Below, in pieces: positions 7,700 through 16,355 of a stretch of DNA of 52,136 nucleotides. Source of the DNA: Euryarchaeota archaeon UBA549. GTDB lineage: Archaea > Thermoplasmatota > Poseidoniia > Poseidoniales > Poseidoniaceae. The notes below the pieces were generated by a model. The model saw only the letters and a list, made by a program, of their open reading frames with translations, did not search any database and was not told the DNA's origin. A program made the position numbers and the translations under genes. The stretch's first letter is position 1; each line of letters starts with the position of its first letter. Location of the stretch: assembly GCA_002495645.1 (NCBI GenBank), contig DAGF01000067.1, positions 1 to 52,136 on the forward strand, read 5' to 3'.

Positions 7700-10375
7700 A
7701 TGCGAGAAAGATTAGATCCGCCCAATAACCTCCTCAGGCGTTGGCTCCTCGTCCTGATGCTGTTGTCCCTCTTCCCGATAAGCATCACAGCCCCTTATGT
7801 CCTCCTTGAACCAGAACAACCCGATGTGGTCGTGCCATTTCCAGAAGATCTCGCTCCTCAATCAGAGGGTTACCTCTTGGTGGTGTTGGACGGCGTTGGA
7901 GAAAACATCATGCGTGATTCAACCATGATGCCGAAACTGGTCGAACGGCTGGACGAACAGGCCGTTTTGTCCATCACGACCGGGCCGCTCACCCTCTCTG
8001 CGACGTGCGTTCGTGAGATGATGACAGGGGTCCCAAATGCGCCGATTGACGGATTGAAGAACTTCAACATGGGCCACCCAGGGGGGTTTGACCCGTGGCT
8101 GTTGGCAGCAGCCTCGGAGCAACACTCGGTGGGCATGATCGGCAGTTATGTGATGGGGAACATGTACGGCGACTCCCCCAACATCGAGTTCATCAACACC
8201 TTTGAGGGGCATGCAGACTATTACGAGGGCGACCGTGCCACCGGAGGCATCCTTGAGGAATGGTTGGTCGATGGGCGTCACAATGTCATTGCTGCACACT
8301 TTTCGGGGCCCGACAAAGTCGGCCATAAATGGGGTACGGTTTCAGAGGAGTATCGAAACAAAATGCTGGATATGGACCAACATCTCTCGAGCTTACTGCG
8401 CTTTGTACCCGCAAACTGGACGGTGGTCGTCACGGCTGACCACGGCATGACGGCTTCGGGTTCTCACGGCTCGGCCGAAGCGGACACGAGAAACGTCCTC
8501 GCACTTGTATCTGGCCCGGAGATTGACGCCAGCGCCCGTGCGGATGCGGCTCAACTTGACCTCGCAGCCTTGATGTTGTACGATTTAGGCCTTGATTTCC
8601 CAAGCCAAGTTCACGGACGAGTTCCCTTGCCCTTGCTCAGCATTTCCCTTGATGACCGCGACAAGGTTGAGGCATGGAATTGGGAAGCAGCCTTGCATCG
8701 ACATGTGTTCTTCTATCCGGAAGATACCGAAATCTATCGTGTGGGGGAGATCAACTGGCAAGGCATCGAAGGCGACCCTGTGTCAATCCGTCCGTTGGAC
8801 GTGTTCATTTCCATCGCCGTTCTCTCAGCAACCTTCTTGCTGGCGTACAAATGGCTTCAACAAGGTCAATCGACGAGCAAAAAGGAACAACAACACTTGC
8901 TCCTGCTCGGTGGCATCGTGGTGGCGTCGGTTTGGTTCCATGGGCATCTTTCGTTCTCTGCGATGATTCCGAGGGCCATCGGAGCAGGCGGTGTTGTTTG
9001 GCTCGTTGCTTCATCGTTGGGAAGAACTCCGCCACTCGCTCTGAAAGGGACTTCGAACTTCTTCAAACCGTTTCCTTGGCTGTTGGGGTTGTTGATGCTC
9101 ACTCTGTTCTTTTTTGACCTTTCAAGAGGACTGCTCGTGTTGCTTGTGGCTTGGGTTGTTTTCTGGTCCGTGGGTGCCATGACTGGGCAAGCAAAGCAGC
9201 ATCAACCCTCTTCGAAGACCGTCCACTTGCTCGCTGTTTTGGTCTCTCTGCTGCTGGGCTCACTGCGCCTCTGGTACGCCCTGCTCCCGATGTTTTTGCT
9301 GGTGACCGGTTTGGCCCTTGAGAAAACGGCTCAAAGCCGTCCTCAGCACGAACGTGTTTCGGTCTGGACCATCTGGTGTCTACTTGTCCTGTCTATTTCC
9401 TACGTCCATCGGAGAATTTTGGGTGACCATCACCTGCTCAAACTCGTCAACATGGCGCCCACCAGTTTGCTGAGCGCTGTTGTTCTTACGATTATGTTGG
9501 TTCTGTTTTCGGTGTTTTTTGGTCTTGTTTCACAAAGACAACACTCGCGCACCCACACCATCTGGTGTTTTGTTTTCCTTGGTTCTGCCTTCGCCCTCTC
9601 TCGAATCGAATGGCTCTGGTTGCAGCAGATTGTACTCTTGGGCATTTTGGCATTGTACGGTGGTGCGGGATTGGCGACCAACCTCAACCCCGCCTCTCGA
9701 AAGCTTCTGCTTCACGCCGGATTGGCGCTCCACATGATGGTGTCTTGGGGCCCGTGGGCGACCGTCGCCGGTTTGGCCTTGCTCCTCTCTCTGCCTACGG
9801 TGGTGGAGGGATTACGCATTCCAAAACGTCAATCCGTGAATTGGCGCGAGCAACCGCAAGCGATGCTGACTTGGATGGTGTTACCGTGGGTTGTTTGGAT
9901 CCTGTGGTGGACACTCATGGGCCAGGTCAACGGTGTTCAATTCTGCTACGAAGGTATCTGTCCCCATCCTCGAGAACTCGACCCCGGTTTGGTGAAGGTG
10001 CAAGGAGGATACTTCGGGGGAGGGGCTCAGCCTTCGACCATTTGGATGACGATCATGGTGGTGAGTCCGCTGCTGATGATGTCGGTTGCCTTGATGCAAC
10101 AGTTGATGGTTGAGGGTCTTGATTTGCGACCTTATGTCGTGTCGCAGGGATTGATTGTCTTTGGTTGCCTTGCTCTTTATGCATACACCCCCATCTATCC
10201 AAGGTTGGTGTTTTCCCTCACCTACAACATGCTCTTCGCCTCAGCGCAAATGTGCTTTGCACTTCTCGCAATGGGATGGTTTCGTATCACGCATGAAACC
10301 GAAGGACTCCGGCGCATGTTTGGAGCGAGGGTCCAACTGGAAGACGAGAAATTTAGGGCCTACGAAACTATTTAG
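7700..10375 (+). CDS. alkaline-phosphatase-superfamily membrane protein, phosphoethanolamine-transferase (GPI-EtNP-transferase)-like
   Basis: An N-terminal TM is followed by a catalytic core with LVVLDGVG, LSATCVREMMTG, AAHFSGPDKVGHKWG and VVVTADHGMTASGSHGS. A dozen or more hydrophobic segments then run to the C-terminus. A GGGAGGTGG run lies just upstream of ATG 7700. Confidence 0.7.
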   Translation: MRERLDPPNNLLRRWLLVLMLLSLFPISITAPYVLLEPEQPDVVVPFPEDLAPQSEGYLLVVLDGVGENIMRDSTMMPKLVERLDEQAVLSITTGPLTLSATCVREMMTGVPNAPIDGLKNFNMGHPGGFDPWLLAAASEQHSVGMIGSYVMGNMYGDSPNIEFINTFEGHADYYEGDRATGGILEEWLVDGRHNVIAAHFSGPDKVGHKWGTVSEEYRNKMLDMDQHLSSLLRFVPANWTVVVTADHGMTASGSHGSAEADTRNVLALVSGPEIDASARADAAQLDLAALMLYDLGLDFPSQVHGRVPLPLLSISLDDRDKVEAWNWEAALHRHVFFYPEDTEIYRVGEINWQGIEGDPVSIRPLDVFISIAVLSATFLLAYKWLQQGQSTSKKEQQHLLLLGGIVVASVWFHGHLSFSAMIPRAIGAGGVVWLVASSLGRTPPLALKGTSNFFKPFPWLLGLLMLTLFFFDLSRGLLVLLVAWVVFWSVGAMTGQAKQHQPSSKTVHLLAVLVSLLLGSLRLWYALLPMFLLVTGLALEKTAQSRPQHERVSVWTIWCLLVLSISYVHRRILGDHHLLKLVNMAPTSLLSAVVLTIMLVLFSVFFGLVSQRQHSRTHTIWCFVFLGSAFALSRIEWLWLQQIVLLGILALYGGAGLATNLNPASRKLLLHAGLALHMMVSWGPWATVAGLALLLSLPTVVEGLRIPKRQSVNWREQPQAMLTWMVLPWVVWILWWTLMGQVNGVQFCYEGICPHPRELDPGLVKVQGGYFGGGAQPSTIWMTIMVVSPLLMMSVALMQQLMVEGLDLRPYVVSQGLIVFGCLALYAYTPIYPRLVFSLTYNMLFASAQMCFALLAMGWFRITHETEGLRRMFGARVQLEDEKFRAYETI

Positions 10376-10407
10376 GGTGCACGAAACTAGAGGGGTATGG
10401 TGGCGGA

Positions 10408-10680
10408 ATGTACACGTGCAACAATTGCGATATGATGATGCAAACAGGCTGGGTCGCCTGTCCTTACTGTGGTGTGCAAATTGACAACGTGTTCAACTCC
10501 TCAAAGTCGGTGGTTGAAATTGCCGAAAATCGCTGCCAAACCGGGTGCGCAACGCCATGTGAGCGTTCGAAGCAAAAGGTGAAAAAAACCTGTTGCGGGA
10601 AGCACGAAAGGAAAAACAAATTTTGCAAATCATGCCCGGACCACCCCACAAGGGCGAACCGCAGATGTTCAAGCGCCTAG
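10408..10680 (+). CDS. small Cys-rich zinc-ribbon protein (90 aa)
   Basis: It has an N-terminal CxxC...CPxC ribbon (YTCNNCDMMMQTGWVACPYCG) and a basic Cys-rich C-terminal half (CQTGCATPC, KKTCCGK, FCKSCP). It is the only sizeable ORF in this gap. Confidence 0.45.
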   Translation: MYTCNNCDMMMQTGWVACPYCGVQIDNVFNSSKSVVEIAENRCQTGCATPCERSKQKVKKTCCGKHERKNKFCKSCPDHPTRANRRCSSA

Positions 10681-10741
10681 GAAAAGAAATTTGCCCGATG
10701 GTTCAATTGGTGGGGACTGGTAGAAAACCGATTCTTATCCA

Positions 10742-11734
10742 TTATGAAGACATATTACTCGCCTCTATACGAACTCCCTCGTCTTTGAGCGTTTGAATGA
10801 CATTGTGAATGACATCAGAGGGAAGGTCCTCGGGAGGGTGGATGCCCTCGGTGAAAAGTTCCTGTTGGCTCCAAGCGACCACGCAAGCAAGGGTGACCAA
10901 ACCTGTGGTCCTCGCCATGCTCGAATCCCCGTCCTTGCCCTCATCCTCCACCGTCCACCTGCGTACCTGACCGTTTCCTTCGACACGAACTTCCATCCAG
11001 GTAAATTCGGGTCGTTGTGGGTCAAGGCGCCAGGCATCCACCAGTTCATCGGGGCTGAGTTCTGTGCTCTGGTACCGCTGGATATGGCCGGGCCAACGAA
11101 CGGTGTATTCGCCCATGGTGTTGGCTGGCACGTTGATGAGCGAGCGCAGTCCGTCGGTCAGGAAAGCTTCCATTTGTCTACCGTTGGCGTCAATGCTGTG
11201 AAGTTCTGACATCGCAGGAACCACGACGATGCTTCCGGCTCGAACCACCCGTGCGGGGCGCGTGTACTCGGCGATGACATCATGCGGTGAAAACGGTGCC
11301 ATGTAGGACCACTCCTCGTCAGGCTGTGAGGGGTTTCCGCCCACCTTGATGCTCACCTTCTCCAAGGCGCCGAGTTCTCGGTGGGCAAGCGCCACCAACA
11401 TGTTGGACAAACCGGGCGCGATGCCCACGTCCCAAAGGACGGTGCTGCTGCCTTCTTGCAACCTGTCGGGGGTGGTTTCACTGAACGAGAGGTCGACGAT
11501 GCGATGGCCGTGGGGGTGGAGGGCTTGCAGGACGCTGTGGCCGATGTCGCCGGGGACCATGTTGACAATCAAATCGGCGGCGCTGTGGTCAGCGTTTGCG
11601 GCGTCGAGGAGGTGGAAGGTGGCAGGGGTATCCCTGGGCGTGATGTCAAAGAGATGCACATCAAAACCCGCTTCGCAGAGTTTGCGGGTTACAAAGGAGC
11701 CAACCAAACCGCCACCAAGGCAGTGAATCCTCAT
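10742..11734 (-). CDS. saccharopine-dehydrogenase-like NAD(P)-binding oxidoreductase
   Basis: It starts with the Rossmann motif MRIHCLGGGLVGSFVTRKL and broadly resembles saccharopine/lysine dehydrogenase-like proteins. The substrate is not assignable. Confidence 0.6.
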   Translation of the reverse strand: MRIHCLGGGLVGSFVTRKLCEAGFDVHLFDITPRDTPATFHLLDAANADHSAADLIVNMVPGDIGHSVLQALHPHGHRIVDLSFSETTPDRLQEGSSTVLWDVGIAPGLSNMLVALAHRELGALEKVSIKVGGNPSQPDEEWSYMAPFSPHDVIAEYTRPARVVRAGSIVVVPAMSELHSIDANGRQMEAFLTDGLRSLINVPANTMGEYTVRWPGHIQRYQSTELSPDELVDAWRLDPQRPEFTWMEVRVEGNGQVRRWTVEDEGKDGDSSMARTTGLVTLACVVAWSQQELFTEGIHPPEDLPSDVIHNVIQTLKDEGVRIEASNMSS

Positions 11735-11834
11735 GCTTTCACCTCAGGAATGCGGAACTCAAAGGTTTCCCCTCGCTTTTTTATCCATAGACAACGGAGG
11801 GAGTCATTATGAGGTTCCGGCCTAACCATGAACC

Positions 11835-12179
11835 ATGAGCATCCTTGCCAAGTACGAAGCCGCCTTTGAATCCGGAGATAAAGAACAACTTGACGCCGTC
11901 ATTCACGATGATTGCAAATTCTACCCGCACGTTGGTGGAGCCGTCATGACCAAGGGCGACATCATGGCGTTTGCAGGCACGGGTGCCGTGCGTACCGAAT
12001 CCCATCGCATCCTGTTTGAGAACGACGAGGTGGGTGTGGGCCATTCCATCGCTCACTTCGCCAACGGTTCAACCTCCGAAGCCGTGTTGGCCTTCTACAA
12101 GTTCCACGACGGCAAGATCATCCATGTCGAAACCGGTGCAACACCGCTGAGTGATGATTACCAACTCATCGGCCAGTGA
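11835..12179 (+). CDS. SnoaL/NTF2-like small protein
   Basis: This 114-aa protein has the pattern YEAAFESGDKEQLDAVIHDDCKFY...FYKFHDGKIIHVE, typical of the NTF2-like cone fold. Confidence 0.5.
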   Translation: MSILAKYEAAFESGDKEQLDAVIHDDCKFYPHVGGAVMTKGDIMAFAGTGAVRTESHRILFENDEVGVGHSIAHFANGSTSEAVLAFYKFHDGKIIHVETGATPLSDDYQLIGQ

Positions 12180-12223
12180 TATCAGGCTGCCTTGTCTCCA
12201 ATTGTGAGGCGTTGCCCCGCGTT

Positions 12224-12901
12224 CTATAGAATGGGTCCGAGTTGCACGCCCAGCAGCAAAACAGCCGTGGCGCAGACCGTGATGAGGATGTTGTCATCGA
12301 TGGGCCCGTATTCGTAGCGCTCCACGAAGGTGGCCACCGTCGCAGCGATGAGGCCCCAGACCGGGAGGCTTGGGTCGCCAGCACCGGCAGCAAACCATCC
12401 AAGCGGTGCGCTGACCAGGAACATGAACACGTTGCCGATGGGGCTCTTGGACCGCTTTCGCACCACGGCGTTTCGAACCACACCGGTCACCCCATCACCA
12501 AAAGCCATGAAGAGCGAAGGCACGATGGCCAACCACGGGTCGCCCACCAACCACCAAATCAAGGAGATGGACATCCACCACATCAGCCCGAACTTGACAT
12601 CGTTCTGGTTTTGCTCCGTTTGGAACCAATGCATGACAATGCCTGCACGGTGCGATGCGTAGAGCAGTGCGGTGAGCAGGATGCCGGCGACCATTGGATA
12701 CCACACATCGGTGAACAGGAAAGGAACGCTCAGTGAGCCAACACCTCCGGCCATCATGTGGACGATTTTCCGGTTGTAGTACACGGCTCGAATGTGCTCC
12801 ATGCCGCGGTTGACCATCATGGTGTAAGGGACCTTGGTGGCGTAGAGTACCAACATGACATAGACGCCCATGCCGGCCGCTGCTGCGAGTTGGTTGACCA
12901 T
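12224..12901 (-). CDS. polytopic membrane protein, polyprenol (dolichol/phytol) kinase / CTP-transferase-1-like
   Basis: It has about 7 hydrophobic segments. The loop FGDGVTGVVRNAVVRKRSKSPIGNVFMF resembles the GDxxAxxxGRRFG...KSxEGS motif of dolichol/phytol kinases and related cytidylyltransferases. Confidence 0.5.
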   Translation of the reverse strand: MVNQLAAAAGMGVYVMLVLYATKVPYTMMVNRGMEHIRAVYYNRKIVHMMAGGVGSLSVPFLFTDVWYPMVAGILLTALLYASHRAGIVMHWFQTEQNQNDVKFGLMWWMSISLIWWLVGDPWLAIVPSLFMAFGDGVTGVVRNAVVRKRSKSPIGNVFMFLVSAPLGWFAAGAGDPSLPVWGLIAATVATFVERYEYGPIDDNILITVCATAVLLLGVQLGPIL

Positions 12902-13003
12902 GCAGGGGCTTTGTTCCGGGGTATCTCTATGTTTTTGCTGACCAAGGGACTCCGGGGCGAATCTTCAAACACCACCGTTCCTCACCAACGCTTGGAGAGT
13001 CAC

Positions 13004-13933
13004 ATGTCCGAAGTACGTAACGTCATCATCATCGGTTCTGGACCTGCAGGCTACACAGCCGGTCTCTACGCTGGCCGAGCCATGCTCAATCCCTTGATGT
13101 TCGCAGGCTACATGTCCGGAGGGCAGTTGATGCTCACCAGCGATATCGAAAATTTCCCCGGCTACCCCGAAGGCATCGCCGGCCCTGAAATGATGATGCA
13201 ATTGCGAGAACAAGCTGAGCGCTTTGGTCTTGAAGTTGAGGACAAGAACGTCGACGAGGTTGATTTGAGCGAACGTCCCTACAAGGTCATGGTTGAGGGT
13301 GAGACCTTCCTGACCCATTCCATCATCGTCTGCACCGGCGCTGAATCGCTATGGCTTGATGCGCCCGGTGAGGCCGAACAAAAGGGACGAGGCATCTCCA
13401 CCTGTGCCACCTGCGACGGTGCCTTCTTCCGAGACGAACACGTGCTCGTGATCGGTGGAGGGGACTCCGCTTGTGAGGAAGCGACCTTCTTGACCCGATT
13501 TGCAAGCAAGGTCACCCTCATTCATCGCCGAGACGTGTTCAAGGCTTCAACCATCATGTACGAGCGAGCGGCCAACAACCCGAAAATCGAAATTCGCACC
13601 TTCCGACAAATCAAGGAATGGCTCTCCGACGACAAAGGCCTCAGCGGAGCGGTGCTCGAAAACACGCAAGACGGGAGCACGGAAACCATCGAAGCCACCG
13701 GTGCTTTCATCGCCATCGGCCACACACCCATCACCGATTTCCTCGGAAACCAGGTTGAAACCGATGAGAACGGTTACATCGTTCACAAGGAGCACACCAT
13801 GACCTCTGTCCCAGGTGTGTTCGCTGCCGGCGATGTCGTTGACACGCGCTACAAGCAAGCCATCACCGCCGCCGGTATGGGCTGCTCGGCCGCCATGGAC
13901 GTCGAAAAGTGGCTTGAAGAGAACGTTCATTGA
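13004..13933 (+). CDS. trxB: thioredoxin-disulfide reductase
   Basis: It carries GSGPAGYTAG (FAD), the redox-active CATCDG, GGGDSACEEA (NADPH) and GVFAAGDV. ATG 13004 was chosen; the track's 82-codon upstream extension has no TrxR similarity. Confidence 0.92.
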   Translation: MSEVRNVIIIGSGPAGYTAGLYAGRAMLNPLMFAGYMSGGQLMLTSDIENFPGYPEGIAGPEMMMQLREQAERFGLEVEDKNVDEVDLSERPYKVMVEGETFLTHSIIVCTGAESLWLDAPGEAEQKGRGISTCATCDGAFFRDEHVLVIGGGDSACEEATFLTRFASKVTLIHRRDVFKASTIMYERAANNPKIEIRTFRQIKEWLSDDKGLSGAVLENTQDGSTETIEATGAFIAIGHTPITDFLGNQVETDENGYIVHKEHTMTSVPGVFAAGDVVDTRYKQAITAAGMGCSAAMDVEKWLEENVH

Positions 13934-13972
13934 AGCCGCTTCCTTGATGAAGACCGTCGTTTTGGGCGCGTC

Positions 13973-15139
13973 ATGGTTGATGTTGCTCGCCACGCCCGTC
14001 ACATCAGCCTGCCCAATGTGGGCGTGGAAGGTCAGCGCAAGTTGAACAACGCCAGCGTTTTGCTCATCGGGGCAGGTGGGCTCGGCTCACCTGCGGCCTT
14101 GTACCTCGCTGCTGCAGGCGTTGGTCGACTGGGCCTTGTGGACAACGATGCAGTCGACCTCAGCAATCTCCAGCGGCAAATCCTGCACGCCACGAAGGAT
14201 GTGGGCCAACCAAAGGTTGCCTCGGCGAAGGCCAGCCTTGAGGCCCTTGACCCGAACGTGAAGGTTGAGGTGTTTCAAGAGCGTTTGAATCCAGGCAACG
14301 CCATGGCCATCATGAAGGGGTGGGACATCGTCATCGACGGCACCGATAATCTTCCCACTCGCTATCTCATCGACGATGCCTGCTCCTTGCTCGGCCTTCC
14401 GTGGGTGTACGGCTCGGTGTTCCGTTTCGAGGGACAGGTCTCCCTCTTCAACCACAACGGCGGGCCGTGTTATCGCGACCTCTTTCCCGAACCGCCTCCC
14501 GCAGAAGCCGTCCCTACGTGCTCAGAGGCTGGAGTCTTTGGTGTACTTCCGGGTGTGATTGGTGTGCTTCAGGCCACGGAGGCCATCAAACTCCTGCTCG
14601 GTTTACCCGTATCCTTGAGCGGCAAACTCCTGCTTTATGATGCACAATCCATGGCCTTTGACACGCTGACTTTTGAGGCGGACCCCGAACGTGAAGCGGT
14701 GGTTGACCTCTCGGGGGCAGCGGCCATGTTGAGTCAGGAGGCATGGTGCATGGACTCAGGCCAAGTTGCTGATTCGCCGCAAGAACAAAAATCCGAACCC
14801 AACCCACACGGGGCAATGTTCAACCACATTTCCGTCGCTGAATTCCTTGACCGTCGTGAAAACGGCTGGACGCCGTTCATTTTGGATGTACGCTCTGACG
14901 CTGAATACGCAGATGCACGGGCGAAAAGTTGCGACCTTCAAGTCCCTCATTCCCACGTCCGCTCTGTGTTGGACAGCCTTCCCAAAAAGACCGACATCCT
15001 CATTCACTGCAAAAGCGGCATGCGTTCGCAATTGGCTGCTATCGAATTGATTCAAGCTGGCTGGGCCGCTGAACGCCTCTTCAACCTCGACGGTGGCATC
15101 ATGGGGTGGCACGCCGCTGCACCGGATGATATTGAATGA
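13973..15139 (+). CDS. ThiF/MoeB/UbaA-family E1-like adenylyltransferase fused to a C-terminal rhodanese domain
   Basis: The N-terminal part has LLIGAGGLGSPAALYLAAAGVGRLGLVDNDAVDLSNLQRQ and PTCSEAGVFGVLPG. The C-terminal ~110 aa have the rhodanese active-site loop ILIHCKSGMRSQ. Confidence 0.85.
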   Translation: MVDVARHARHISLPNVGVEGQRKLNNASVLLIGAGGLGSPAALYLAAAGVGRLGLVDNDAVDLSNLQRQILHATKDVGQPKVASAKASLEALDPNVKVEVFQERLNPGNAMAIMKGWDIVIDGTDNLPTRYLIDDACSLLGLPWVYGSVFRFEGQVSLFNHNGGPCYRDLFPEPPPAEAVPTCSEAGVFGVLPGVIGVLQATEAIKLLLGLPVSLSGKLLLYDAQSMAFDTLTFEADPEREAVVDLSGAAAMLSQEAWCMDSGQVADSPQEQKSEPNPHGAMFNHISVAEFLDRRENGWTPFILDVRSDAEYADARAKSCDLQVPHSHVRSVLDSLPKKTDILIHCKSGMRSQLAAIELIQAGWAAERLFNLDGGIMGWHAAAPDDIE

Positions 15140-15245
15140 GTCTCGATCTGCGTTCACGACACGCACTGATGAAAACGCCCCTTTGCCTGTGGTCGTATTG
15201 GGTGAGGTTCAAAGCCGCTGAGTTCCTGCTTTCATCACGGAGGGG

Positions 15246-16355
15246 ATGAGAATGGCCAGCATCATCATCGCCGACGAAAACGAAGGTCGTCGCAACCTGC
15301 TGGCGAACACCTTTGAGCGTGAGGGCTACGAAGTGACCCGATTGAGCACGCTTGCTCAAACCACGGCGACTGCGAGCGCCGTGCTGCCGGACGTGCTCTT
15401 GTTGGAAGGTGAATGGAGCCAAGGGAGCGTCCTTGACGTGTGCCAGTCCTTGGTCGGCCAACCGCGATTTCGTTCGGCTACACGCATCGTTATCCTCTCC
15501 AGAACCACAGCACCGGATTTTCTCTCATCGGCAGCCTTGGCAGGTGTGGCTGAGGTCATTGGAAAACCGGTTGACATGAACCAACTCATCGGCCAAATAG
15601 GACGCCACGCTGCCAAGCAATTCGTACCGCCGCCTGCAGATGTTTCGGCCGGCACAGGCGGTGGAGGTCTTGGTGGCCAACGCTTTGACGTTGGCATGAC
15701 CATGAACGACAGCCAGTGGGCTTTGCCGATGCTTCGGCGCTTGGTTGAGGCCGGTAACATCGATGAGGATTTTGTCGCCTCAATTCGAGGGGAAATGAAC
15801 GAGGGTGAACTGCCAGATGACGAAGGGGGCCTCTCCGCTGAAGCCATGACCACCATGGTGCGTTTAGCGTTGAACCGTCTGGTCGGCACCGAAGGGCCGC
15901 CGACAGCTGCAGTGAATGAGGCGACCGAGCAAACCAAAGAGAAGGTGGTCGCCTCACCATCCAATGTTCCTTCCTTCAAGGACCTCAACAAGGGCGCCAC
16001 ACTTGGTGAGGGCGCCGCTTCGTCCCTTCCAAAATCCGGTGGGAATTCCTCAATGGAAGACATCCTTGAACGGCAAGCCGAAGACATCGCTCGGCAGGTG
16101 GAGGCGGACATGGATGGCATTCTCTCTGAAGAGCCGGAATACATCTCACTGTTGGATGAAAACGAGCAGGTGGGAATTGACCCTGAAACATTGGCGCTGA
16201 CTCGGCTCACCGCAGAGGTTCTTCAGGAATTGATGGATGCCCTCCAGCGCCCCGGGGCGTTGTCCGATTTGACCTTGCTCACCCGGGTTGAGGATGCAAG
16301 CACCCTTGCAGCGGACATGCTCGATGCGCTTCCCGCTCAGGAGGAGGAGGAGTGA
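15246..16355 (+). CDS. CheY-like receiver-domain protein with atypical acceptor site and acidic C-terminal domain of unknown function
   Basis: The N-terminal ~120 aa align with receiver domains: IIIADENEG, DVLLLEGEW, IVILSRT, VIGKPV. The remaining ~245 aa are acidic and I recognise no domain. Confidence 0.75.
   Translation: MRMASIIIADENEGRRNLLANTFEREGYEVTRLSTLAQTTATASAVLPDVLLLEGEWSQGSVLDVCQSLVGQPRFRSATRIVILSRTTAPDFLSSAALAGVAEVIGKPVDMNQLIGQIGRHAAKQFVPPPADVSAGTGGGGLGGQRFDVGMTMNDSQWALPMLRRLVEAGNIDEDFVASIRGEMNEGELPDDEGGLSAEAMTTMVRLALNRLVGTEGPPTAAVNEATEQTKEKVVASPSNVPSFKDLNKGATLGEGAASSLPKSGGNSSMEDILERQAEDIARQVEADMDGILSEEPEYISLLDENEQVGIDPETLALTRLTAEVLQELMDALQRPGALSDLTLLTRVEDASTLAADMLDALPAQEEEE

Noticed and set aside
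15167-15237. An 8-bp inverted repeat TGATGAAA ... TTTCATCA separated by 55 nt upstream of the receiver gene.
   Set aside because: The long spacer and short arms make a stable structure unlikely. No flanking conservation can be assessed, so it is probably coincidental.
15356-16210. A 284-aa minus-strand ORF antisense to the receiver-domain gene.
   Set aside because: The plus-strand frame has recognisable receiver motifs. The antisense product is Ser/Pro/Arg-rich with no features, which is typical of a GC-rich shadow ORF.
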